From Monocercomonoides exilis PA203 (taxonomy: Eukaryota > Protista > Preaxostyla): a stretch of DNA of 64,000 nucleotides. The stretch is from the NCBI GenBank assembly GCA_001643675.2, contig LSRY02000027.1, positions 124,001 through 188,000 on the forward strand. The letters are read 5' to 3'. How positions within the stretch are numbered: position 1 is the stretch's first letter; each line of letters starts with the position of its first letter. The position numbers were made by a program, and so were the translations under genes. Below, in pieces: positions 11,189-23,000 of this stretch. The notes beneath the pieces are model-generated. The model did not search any database, had not been told where the DNA came from, and saw only the letters and a list, made by a program, of their open reading frames with translations.

Positions 11189-11255
11189 AAAAATAATTTT
11201 TGAAAATTCGGAGAAATTGGATTTTGAGTTTCTCCGAATTTTCAAAATTATTTTT
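11189..11255. repeat. Short hairpin, ~27-bp arms
   Basis: AAAAATAATTTTTGAAAATTCGGAGAAA / TTTCTCCGAATTTTCAAAATTATTTTT with 12-nt loop. Confidence 0.7.
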
Positions 11256-11875
11256 CTGAATGTCCAATGTATTTTGCATATTTTGTGGTTGTGTGAATAT
11301 CGTAATTTGTGAAAAATAAAGGTTTTCAAGCTGTTTTATGCAAAGCTTTGATTCATCGTATGCATTATAACATAACAATTCTTTCTCAGGATTCAAAATA
11401 AAATTATTAATTTTTATTATTTTTCGAAATAATTGAATTTATTAATCCACTATCAAAAATAATCAATGCATTTTTAAAAATCATCCATTTCTATTTGAAA
11501 AATTTCCAGAACACATTGCATATTCAATATTTCAATATTCAAATATTAATGCATGAAGTTGTGTATTTTCATTAATTTTTGAATGTTTTTTTTTTTTTTT
11601 TTTTTTTTCTTTTCTTTTTCTTTTCTTTTCTTTTCTTTTCTTTTCTATTTTTTCTTTTATATATTTTTTCAGTGGAAATTAAGAAACAAACGTGAAATAG
11701 TTTTTTCTTCATATTATCAATTGTCAGGAAAAAATATTCAAAGAAAACTCTTTTCAGTGTTTTCACTCGAAGCAAAAAATATTCGAAAACCTTAATTAAA
11801 ATATTCAGAAAAAAATTTCCAAAAAAGATAATTCTCCGAAAAAGATCTAATAATGCATTATTAAATTATTTCTTT

Positions 11876-13183
11876 ATGATATTTAACTTTTTTGTGTGCT
11901 CTGCAGTGAAAGAGATTCCAGAAAAACTTGAAAAATTTTTGAAAGAGATTGAATTCCCCTTTGAAACTCGGATTTCCTATGTAGATCGCCTTTCTGGAAC
12001 CGATGATGAAATCAAAACTCAATTGAAATCTGCACATGTAGTTATTGGTGAACCTCATTTTGCTCATCTACTTTCAAATCCAGAAATTTCATGTCCAAAT
12101 CTGAGATGGTTTCAAAGTACGGCTGCTGGACTTGAATATTTTATGAAGATGAATCCTTGCCCGTATTTTCCAACATTCGCCAAATTACCATTTGTCGTCA
12201 CACGCGGAGCAACATTTTACGGTCCAACAATGGCGGAATATTGTATTTCAATGATGATTGCAGTCCAAAGATCCTTTTTTAAAATGAAAGAAGTTCAAAT
12301 AAAGTTAGATTCTCCATATGTGGATCGTGACAATTATACAAAATTTCCTCTATTATCTCAACTTACAGTTGGAATAATGGGGGCCACTGGTTCAATTGGT
12401 CAAGATATTGCACGGAGATTATATGCTTTGGGATGCACTGTAATAGGACTTTGTCGTAGAAAAAGAAAGGAAGGAGAGCCGATTGTTACACCTCAAGTGG
12501 AGACACCTGTAAATGCGCATTTACCACCTTCTGAGTTATGTTTTGAAGAAATGTATCCAATTTTGGGAGATGACGAGAAACAAACTTCTTTAAGAACTTT
12601 TTTAAGCAAGGCTGATGTGGTTATAAATGTACTTCCAACAACATTAGAAACAATACATTTACTTGGAGGTAGATTAGATTCAGAAGGAAAGGAAATTCCA
12701 TCACCAATGGAATCATGCAAGAAAAGTTGTATTTTTATAAATATTGGAAGAGGCACAATTATCAAAGAAGATGTACTTGTCGACATTCTGAAGAAAGGTA
12801 CAATAAGTCATGCTGTGGTTTGCTTTTCCTAACTTTTAAATTATTTTTATTTTCCTTTCAATTGATAACAATGTGCTCTTTCAAAACATTTGTATGGAAC
12901 AATCGTCAATTTAATTTGTATCATGCAGCTTGACGTTCAGGAAATGGAACCGCTTCCATCTTCTTCTCGTTTATTAACAGAGCTTTCACCAGATCAAGTT
13001 ACAATCACGCCACATTGTTCCGGGTGGCCTCAGAATGGAGATTTTATAACACCTCTACTGAAGGAAAATCTCTCCAGATTTGCTGCAGGAATGAAAGCAG
13101 AAGAATCTGCATTAAAGGAGGGCAGAACAGAAGAATGGGTTCCTGACCTGCTGTACATAATGAATTGGAAAGAAGGATATTAA
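11876..13183 (+). CDS. D-isomer-specific 2-hydroxyacid dehydrogenase (glyoxylate/hydroxypyruvate reductase-like)
   Basis: LRWFQSTAAG, MAEY, GATGSIG, ADVVINVLP.T.ET, FINIGRG, and HAV|LDV...EPL...TPHCSG joined across intron 12818-12928. Confidence 0.88.
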
Positions 13184-13525
13184 TAATCTTTTCTTTTGTT
13201 TATGAACATCTTAATTTATGAGTTATTACATATTCAATAAAATTTTGATTGAAACTAAGTTTATTGATGAACAGAAAAGAGATTTTTTGAAAGTTTTTTC
13301 AATTTTATTTTGAAGTTTAACGTTGCTTTGTTATTTTGATGGGCATTTATTTATGTACAATTTTTTTTTTTTAGATTTTTAATTTATCAATTTGATTTAA
13401 AAAAATTTTTTCTTGAAAAAGAAACTTTAACATTTCCATTTAATAATTAATTCTCTTCATTTAAAAGTTATGAATTTCACATATACCATAATTATTTTCT
13501 TGATTGAGTATTTAATTTTTTATTT

Positions 13526-14942
13526 ATGAGAATTGTGGAATATCGCATAACAGTTCCTCTTAATATAAAAGAATATCCATTGGGAGCAACGTTTGCTATT
13601 TTTGAAATAAAAACAAACTGTGAATATATGATAAATGAAAATGAAATTTTAGATATATAATTGCAAAAGCATCTTTACAAAATAGCGGCTCAGGAGATGG
13701 AATTGATCTTATTACTGATGAGCCTTTTATAAAAGATGGAGTTCACGGAAGACATACTTTTAAGGTCTCCTTTTTAACAAAAAATTTTTTGACCTTAATT
13801 TTATAATTCAATAACTTTCTTTAAAATAACATAACAATGTTATGCAAATACATTACTCCAATATATATATATTTTTTAGAGGATGCACGTAGGCTCAAAA
13901 GTTCCTGGATTTGTTAGAGCAGTTGTTCCAAAAACTTCACTTATTTTAGAAGAGGAAAGCTGGAATGCATTTCCATATACAAAAACGACTTATTCCAATG
14001 TATGGCTAAAAGATCGTTTCAAAATGGTTGTGGAAACAAGACATTTACCAGGTCCCCCTGTTGAGGAAAATGTTTGAAGTTAGAATAGAAAATTTCTCAA
14101 AATTTACAACTTGCTATAGATTCATAATCTTTCAGAAAGCGAGCTTAAAATGAGAAAAATTGAACTTATTGATCTCGGGGTTAAAGCGGTGTGGTATTTT
14201 CTGTTTGTCAATTTCCCCTCAAATCGCTAATTTCATTTATCAAGAAATCCAATACAAGGGAGTATAAATGCAAAGAAGATCCCACAACATTCAAATCAGA
14301 AAAGACAGGGAGAGGACCATTAGTGCCAAAATGGTGGGAAAGTCCAGAGGCCAAAGAATGGCCCGTCGTGACTTGCTATAAATTGCTGAGAGTGGAGCTG
14401 AAATGGTTCGGACTGCAGACTCTTGTTGAGAGTTATGTGCCGTCTCTTTGCAGAACCATATTTGGCAACACTCAGCGGCAGTTATTTTGCTGGATAGACG
14501 AATATTACGGAATGAGCGAATCAGAAATATTGGACTTTGCACACAGCCAATATAAACAGTCGATGGTCGTATGTCACAATCATATTTTGAATGATTTTTA
14601 AAAGAAATATAAAATAAAAATTTCTCATTTTTTTACCTGTTATTTTGAAAGAAAATGAAAGAAAGCCCTCCACCAGAAGAGCAAGAAGAGGAATACAGCG
14701 AAGAGGAACAGAAAGCAGAAGAACAGAAATTTATGAGCGAAGAAGACATTTTGGGGCAATATGAGGAACATTTGGAGTCTGGAATGATTGAATCAGACTC
14801 AAACACTCCGATGGAAATGGGCAGGGTTCGCGTTGAAGAAGAAGCGCCTTCTTCTTCAGCAACACCTTCATCTTCGACTGTCCATGGAGAAATGCCTCAG
14901 ACGCCTCCTGTGAATAAAAATGAGCAATCATCTGACACGTGA
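13526..14942 (+). CDS. Phosphatidylinositol transfer protein (class I PITP), about 6 exons
   Basis: Spliced MRIVEYRITVPL..EY, GSKVPGFVR, EESWNAFPYTKT, EDPTTFKSEKTGRGPL, TCYKL, FGLQ, RQLFCWIDEYYGM, plus an acidic tail. Confidence 0.92.
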
Positions 14943-15428
14943 GCTAGTGACAATTGGCCATGTGTAAATTGTTCATTAAATGTATAGTAACAGTTATCAG
15001 CAAAAAGGGTCATCTAGGAAAAATTGCGGATTTCTGATTATTTTTATTTTTAAAGCAAATTTGATTATGTTTCATATTTATGTTGTTTTGAGAGAATTTC
15101 ATTCTATTGATTAGTCATACATTTTTTTTTAAATTTTCTTATTCATTTTTTTCTATGTAACTCATTTTTTTTTTGTTTCATGCAACTAAAAGTCATGATT
15201 TCTATTCATTGCGCATTAAATAACAGAATGCATGATGAATAAAAGTACAAGCTGTTTGATTTTAACATGAAAAATACAATAAAAATAGAAGTGATTGAAA
15301 GCCAGAAAGATTAAAACAAGACATTTCACCATAAATTTATATTAAAGATAATTATACTTCTCACCACACATCCTTTGCATTCCTCCTTTTTTTTCTCAAA
15401 GTGAATTGAAAAATAAAATAATACCACA

Positions 15429-18400
15429 TTACTGATTACTCTGGCCAACATCCTCCTGCATCACTTCATCGTTATCCCCTTGTTCTCCTTCTTCCTCTTC
15501 CTTCCTCGGAATCAGCCCATCATCTTCATGATTCTCCTCAACTTCTGCATATTCTCCCTCTTCTCCTCTTTGCTCTTCTCCCGTCTGCCCCTCTCCGCCT
15601 TCCTGCTGTTCTCTTTCTCCTTCCTCTCCTCCTTCAGCATTCTCCGCTTCTTGCATCGCCCCTTCCTCCTCTTTTGAAGGCTCTGGTTCTGGCTCTTCCT
15701 CAACAATAAGAGAAGATGCCATCGAAGGCTTCTGTGCAATTGGGCGCTTCTTCTTTGCATTCAGCCGCTCAAAGTGCTTTCTGAAGACAGGAAGTGGCTG
15801 GTCATCGTCAGTGAAGAATGGCTGGTTCTCGTCTTCTCCACCTGCCTCTCTATCTTTCATCTCCTCCTTCTCTTCTTCCTCTTTCACTGTTGACAAATAA
15901 CCCTCGCGTGGGAAGAACTTCATTGGACGCCACTGAATAGCCTTGTTCTGTGGAAGCAGCAGCACCCACTCATCTGGAAGAGGTTCGCAGGTGAAGTAGG
16001 AGTGGTGTGGAATGTAGATCCCCTTCTCTTCCCAGAGAGGCATCTCAGCCAGCCCCTCTGGCGAAGACGAGGCACACGGGGCATATGCAACAGTGGCCTA
16101 ATTTAAATGAGTTCAGATGGAATGAAAATAACACATGCAAATTACATTAAATAATAAGATTGTCAAATATGAAAAGTATTAGAAGAACCAGACCTTCATT
16201 TGAGGGCAGATGTCTTTGATGATGTCAGGCACAATACGCTCCATGTTGATCATAAAGTCCATTCTGCTTGACTCCAGCTGAGGATTGAATGAAGTGATGT
16301 TGATGGGAAACTCGCCCACATAGCTCATTGCTGCAGAGTGCTGGGGAGGAAGGCCTCCTTCGTCCTGCACAAAGCTCCTCAGAAGAGGAGAGGCAGCACC
16401 TGCATCGTCGCCATCGCTATTGAATGGCACAGGCGATGGAGAAGGTGTACCGATGGGTGTGGGGAAGCGCGTGGTGGCTGCAACAGTGCCGTTTCGGGCA
16501 GACTTCATCGTCGCATTCGGCGAAGGAGAAGTTGAAGATATTGTGTTGTTCATTGTGCGCTGTGTCTGCATTGGATTTGATGTAGCAGCCATCGAAACAG
16601 CCGCGTCTCTGTCGTTCTTTGTGGGCAGATTGTGTGTCCCGCCTATTCCTTTTGGATGGCCAGAGAGGATGACACAGCGAATGCACTGAAACATCACAAA
16701 GAATGAAGAAAAATGGAGAAAATGTTGAGATGAGAATATTAAAAAAATTAATAGAACGGAAAAATAAAATTCAATGGGACAAAATAACATAAATAATTTT
16801 TTATTTTAAAAAGAAAAACAAAGTTTTGTGTCTAAATTTCCAACAAGCATTCCACAAATCACATTCCACAAAATATTGAAGTGAGTCAAAAGCACACTTG
16901 CTGCTGCTGTTTGAAGTAGACGTCTAAGCTCTTCTGGTCAGCCACAAAGTAGAGCACCTGGAACTTGTTGAGGGACGAGATGGATGAAATGACATCGGAG
17001 TCAGGCAGAAACATCTCCGAAGACGGCTCGGCGGTGGAGAATTGCTGGGTGATGGTGTGGCCGAGAAGCTGGTAGCAGAGCGTGTAGTCGCCGGGGGGAA
17101 GATTGAAGATGTTGTAGATACACACAAGCAGACGAGATAGATGCAGAGTCGGCTGGGCTTTGAGCAGCTCCTTTGTGGTCGTCGCATTCTGTGCAGAGAG
17201 GGCAGATGAAGAGGTGCCAGACGAAGAAGAAGAAGAGGAAGAAGAGCTGCTTTTGCTGCTGGAGAGTGCAGAGCGAGAGGAATAAGAGGAAGAAGAAGAT
17301 GCCTGGGGTTCGAAGTCAGGTGTGGAAGGCTTTCTCTCTGGAGGAACGACCTGCACCTCGCAGGTGTCGTCCATCACGAGTGGAATGCCAACAGCCTTCG
17401 CAAAGTTCTTCTCAACGGTGATGAGCGTCTTCTCGGCGTTGTACAGCTCGTAGCAGCTGTTGCACACTTTGAACACACGCGTCATCGCCAGCTTGTCCCG
17501 CACTTTCAGATCGGTTCGGTTGAAGAACTCGATTTTCTCTCCACGATGCTGATGCAGTCAGATATTTAGACATTCATAGATTCAGACATTCAAAATTGAG
17601 TATATAAAAATTAAATGGAAATGAAAAGTTTTTGCTTTCCAAAAAGAAACAAGAATTACATTTCAATTCATAACTCAAAAACACAAAAATTTAAATGAAT
17701 GCAGAATCAATTATTCAAAAAAGAATGATCCGTAAGTTTTTATCATACTGTGAGATGATTAATAGTCTGAATAATCATTTTGAATGTGAGTTCGTGAACG
17801 AGTTCAGATGGCGGATGCATCATGTTGCAGCATTTGCATCGAGCAAGTCTGACATACTCCTGTTTCTTGTTGGCACGCGGTATCAAACTCTTTGTTGGTG
17901 ACTCTCCCCCGTTATCACCCCCTTCACCTCGCATTCGTTCTGCTCCGAGTTGCTTCCACTTTTGCAAGCACTCTGGTGTTACCCGAAGAGATTTTACTTG
18001 TATGAACCACCATTTGTCTGCTGCATCCTTTATCCAATCACAAACCAATTCAGACAGCTTGATTCCGTGCTGCCTCCCAACATATGCCACAATTCCTTCA
18101 GTAAGCCCAATTGGCTCTCGAACTGGTGCTCCACTCGTCTTAAATACCGTACATCCGTTCAGGACATCTGTGCACACCGTAAAACGTTTCCTGAAGTCTG
18201 GTTCTGTATCATCAGAAAATCTTCCTTTTCCAGTGAGAGTGTAAGCAACACTTGCTTGAGATGCTCGCCAAACGACACGAGTCAATGAAGGATTAGGACC
18301 TTTCGATTGGACAAATCTCTGAATAACATAATCTCCTGTAGGAGGTGACATGATAATATTTTTCAAATCTTCTGTATTCAAAACACTCAACTCATTTGCC

Positions 18401-18978
18401 TTTCCTCTTCTATCTTTCACTTTCAAAACAGCTGTCAAAACATTTTCTTGACCTCTTGGTCGCCCAATTGCCATAATGATATCTCTATTTGTAAATGTTT
18501 CAATTTTTTCAAGATAACCTTCTTCTGATGTTATAAGCCACATTTTCACTTCTTCTTTTCCAATGAAAACGAATGTATCAGGAATTGGAAGTCTAAGTTT
18601 TCCCGTTACAGGAACATACTTTGAAGCAGTTGTCTTTCTAGTAAGAAGAGGAAGAAAGCTGACAAGGGGAAATGCAGGATAGTTTTCATATGAATAACGT
18701 TCATCATCACAGAATGACACCTGCTTCATTTGTTCCAAATAAGTCTGTTGCTCCTTTTTCTGCATCTCTGCTGTTTTTTGTGCAGCACTTTTTCCAAATG
18801 AAAATCCTGTTGGCTTCTTTTTTGCTGCTCCTGTCTGTTCAGTTGTTGTTGGAGATATTTCATAAAGATTGCCTCTTGGAGCTTTTCCAGCTTCACCTTT
18901 TAAGTTTGCTTTATTAATAGTTGAAAGGTGCTGACGATGAAGATGCGATCCTGGTGGTGGTGCTCTCGGCTGACTCAT
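15429..18978 (-). CDS. Uncharacterised 4-exon protein with ATP-grasp-like N-terminal half and Cys pairs
   Basis: ORFs 17743-18993, 16886-17503, 16179-16790 and 15429-16043 join via GT-AG introns (first 17549-17748). Motifs LPIPDT, VLK, VIQRFV, CDWIKD...WWFIQVK, CKCC...CNSC. Confidence 0.75.
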
Positions 18979-19167
18979 TTTTGTGTAGTTCAACCGTTAT
19001 ATTGATCCTACCCATAGCCATAGCATTTTTCAAATCATAAAACAAATATTTTTATTTTAGAGTAAACGAGTCAGGCTTTGTTCAGCTTTTCATTTTCGAA
19101 ATGAAAGAAACACTTTCATGTTCATTGTTTTTGTTCTCTAAAATGTGTTGGAATATTCGATCTTAAA

Positions 19168-20044
19168 ATGAGTAAACCTGGATTAACTCCATCAAAAACT
19201 TTGATGCAGCTTCAATTCATGAAAAAAGCTGCACAAAAAGAAACTATGGAAAAAGCTAAAATAGAAGAAGAAGCCGATTCCCACTGGAAATTACAAGATG
19301 TCTCAAAAGGGTATATTTAACACTGTCTCTGAAACTTTAATAAGTTTGTTTTTCACGCTATAAATTTTTTTCAAATTGAAATAAGTGCTCGCGTCATTTC
19401 ACTTAAAGGAGAGCGCTCTTCAAATGGACATCGTTCTTTTGGTGGGTTTAATTCTGCATTAGAAGTCTGTTAACCTTTTTGAATAAAAATATTTAAAAGG
19501 CAATTTTTGCTTAGAAACAGTCATTTGAACCACCAAAGGAAATATTCAAAAAACAGCGTGGGGTTTCAATTTCTGACGAAGAAATGGCATTGATGTCTGA
19601 GATATTATCCTATAAGTTTTATTTTCTCAATATTTTTCTCTCTTTCTAAGATACAAACCAACGAAGAAAACTCGTGAAGATTTTCAGAGTCCTCCACCAG
19701 AAGAACCCAAAAAATCGTCTCGAAGCTCCGGTCATCGGAGAGATTCATTTCTTCATCCACACACTTCACAACCAAAATCTTCATCACAAAAGTCATCGGA
19801 AATAAAAACTCAAAACCAAAAATATACGCCACAGAGAGATTTACATTTACACGAAAGAGAAAAGGATAAACAACAAAACAAAGCAAACGAATTCATTCAC
19901 AGAAACCAACAGATTGAACATCATCTCTCGGAAGACAAAAATAAAGGAACGGATAATTCAATGAAACGGAAAAAAATATATAATGATTCATTTCACTCTT
20001 CTTTTAGCAAGGTTGTTGATAAACAACCTATGCATAAGCAATAA
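19168..20044 (+). CDS. M-phase phosphoprotein 6 (MPP6)-like nuclear exosome cofactor, 4 exons
   Basis: Spliced translation PSKTLMQLQFMKK...SHWKL...GHRSFGGFNSALEK...SISDEEMALIY matches the MPP6 pattern (SK.L..MKFM, HW, GR.SF.GFN, VSDEEMA..Y). Donors at 19311, 19465, 19595. Confidence 0.78.
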
Positions 20045-20083
20045 AAAAAGACAATAAACAATAATAATTATTACATCTCTCTC

Positions 20084-23000
20084 TCAGCTCGTGTTCCAAG
20101 CAACTTTTTGGAATCTGCAGTGATAAGTGAAGTTAATTGGGAAGACTATTGAAACAGGATATGTTGATGAAGCAGAAGTAGAAGGCACAGAAGGCGAATC
20201 TGCATGTGGTGCTGGAACAGTTGATGATGCTGAAGTGGTTGAAGAGCCATTGAAAGGTGATGATGGAGAGATGCTATTTGTAAAACCAGCAGAATTAGAG
20301 GCATTCTGCAGAGCATTGTAATTAATGGAAGGATGCTCGGGTGGAGTGTTTGGTGCTGGCTGGTGAAATGGCTGGCGTGTGGAAGTGTTTGTGTGGTGAG
20401 GAAGGACAAGTGGCGATTTGGAGGTTGGGTGTGGTTGAGCCTGTACAAAATGAGGCTCATTCAATTTGATGTGGTGTGGGAAATAAATAGGCCACAGATG
20501 GATTTTGTGGGTTTGTGGCCGAAGTGGCTTAGATACAATTTCAAAGAAAATTTAAAAAATTAAAATTAAAAAATGAAAGAAATGTTGAATTAGATTGACA
20601 AAAAGACAAAGCAATACCTCTTCAGAAAGACGATATGACTTGCTGAGCAGCTTCTGTCTTTTGTCTTTCTTTTTCAGATAGCTCCACAGCGACTCAGTCA
20701 GCAGAGGGATCCTCTTTTCTTCTCGTTCTGCTTCTGAATCGCAGAGGAAGGTTCCAAAACGAGCGGTGAAGAGATGCTTAGCGATGGACAGCAGAAACAT
20801 CTCGTTAAACTCAAATGCTTCAGGAAATTGTTGTAAAAGCTAATGATGAACAGAATAACATATTACATGGACAACAACAACAGCAATAATAATAATAATA
20901 ATATTAATATTAATAAATGAGAATAAAATAAACATGAATATATATATCAGGATATATTTCATTATCATACCTGATAGACGCAATCCAAGAACTGCATAAA
21001 TGTTGGGGAGATGTTCTTCTCATCGAGTGTGCCCTTCTGCGAATACTTCATCCCTGTCCTCAGAGCAAAGCGATGGCCAAACGCTGCCCAGTCCTTCTCC
21101 ACCAGCACCACAAAGCCATCAATCGTCCGATAGAAAGGGCAGAGCATCATCGCTGTCAGTGAGCACAGCGCTGGCGTGCGATCCCAGCCGTCGCTGCAGT
21201 GGATGAGGATGTGCTGCCCATGGCACGTCATCCGCACTGAAAGAGACTTCGCAGAAGACAAAAGAAGAGAAATGTACTCTGGCCACCGGGTGGCAAGCAC
21301 AGACGCTTCAAATCTGTGGAAATGAAAAAGAGAATGAAAAAGAGAATGATGAATGGGAAATAAAGGATTATTGATAAGAAGATAAATAAAAGTCCAAAGA
21401 TTAATAATTATTATAAAAAATAAACAATAATATTGAAATTAATTTAAATGAGTAAGAAGCAGTGTTTGCATACGCTTCCCATCGAATCCTCTTCTTTGAC
21501 TCAGACACAGCGTCCACAGCCATTCTACAAGCGTGTGCCAGCTTCTTCTGGCTGAGGCGCATTGTGTGGATGTTCGGAATGCCAAGGAACTCAAACGATG
21601 CCCAGGGCAGCCTCTTCTGGTCTTCAAAGCCTCCTTTCATGAGAGAGTTGCCAAATGCTGCCAGATACGGCCGGGCATCCACAATGTGCAGCGGAGAGAC
21701 AAGAAGAGGAGCATCAGCTCTGCTTGTTGTGCTGCCTGTGTGATAGAACGAGGAGTTGTCTTTCTCCTGTGTTGTGGATGTGGCTAATGGGGATGATGAT
21801 GATACTGCTGCTGATGATGATGAAGGTGAAGATGAAGAAAAAGAAGCAACATTCCCCTGTGATATATCATCCATTGATAGTCCAAGAACAGACATCAGCT
21901 CGGGAGCAAGCATATCAACACCAACCATCTCCACTGAGTCATCATACTCTTCTGCATTCTCAGCCCTTTTCCCTTTCTCATTTATTTGCATTCCATTCAG
22001 CTGCTTCACAACATCTGGAAGATTCTCTGCCTTTTCTGCTGTTGGAGTGTGAGTGTTCTGCTGCACGGCACAAACAGACTCCTTCCTTTGCGGCAACGAC
22101 GTCTCAAGTGCAGCAGCTATATCGCATTTGATGCTCTCTTCCACAAACTTGGAATCTTCTTCTGTGTCTAACACATCATCCATCAAAGACATTGCATCAT
22201 CATCTCCATTCGAACCAGAGCTTGCACAACTGCCGCTGTTCCTGTCAGTGTTGTCTTCATCCTCTGCAATGTCCACCACAACGCCAAGCTCTTCATCCGT
22301 ATCTGAATCAGAATCTGAAATCCCAATTGGCTCCTCCTCGCTTTCCTCTTCGTCGTCACCAACAACAATCAAATGCGACTCATCTGCACTCATAGTTGAA
22401 TTTGCATCTCCTTTTTGCTCTGTCTTCTCAGATCCATTCACATCTTGTGAAGAGTTATTGGACTCAGCTGCATTATGAGGATCTGTTTGATCTGTTGTTG
22501 ACTTCGCATTTTCGCCTACAATAGCAGGAGTCATCGAACGTGATGGCTTCTCCTGAAGCGACTCTTCTTCGCTTTCCTCAACCCATTCAGAAATATCCCA
22601 TTCATCGCTTTCATCATCTCCATTGTTCTCTTCCTTCCCTTCTTCCCTTGCAACTTCTTTGCTTGTAACGTTCTGTTCCACCGCTTCTTCTTTTTGAAGC
22701 GGAAGATCAACAGTTTGATAAGGAGAGGAAGGAAGCATCGTGCTGATGGCATTTCGAAGAAGTCGAGAGGCAGACTCATCATCTTCATTGTGCTCGTCTT
22801 TTTTATCTTCTTTTGTATTATTTTCTTGCATTGTGGTTGATAAATTTATGCTGTCTCCTTCCACTTTACTGTCCTCACAAGGCAGTTTCGATGGAATGTG
22901 CACTGAATCAACGAGAAGTCCATCTTTTTTGGAGACTTTTCTGAATGAGATGTCAATATGCTCGTTTTCCGCTTCTTCCAGCGCATCCAGTGTGGACTTG

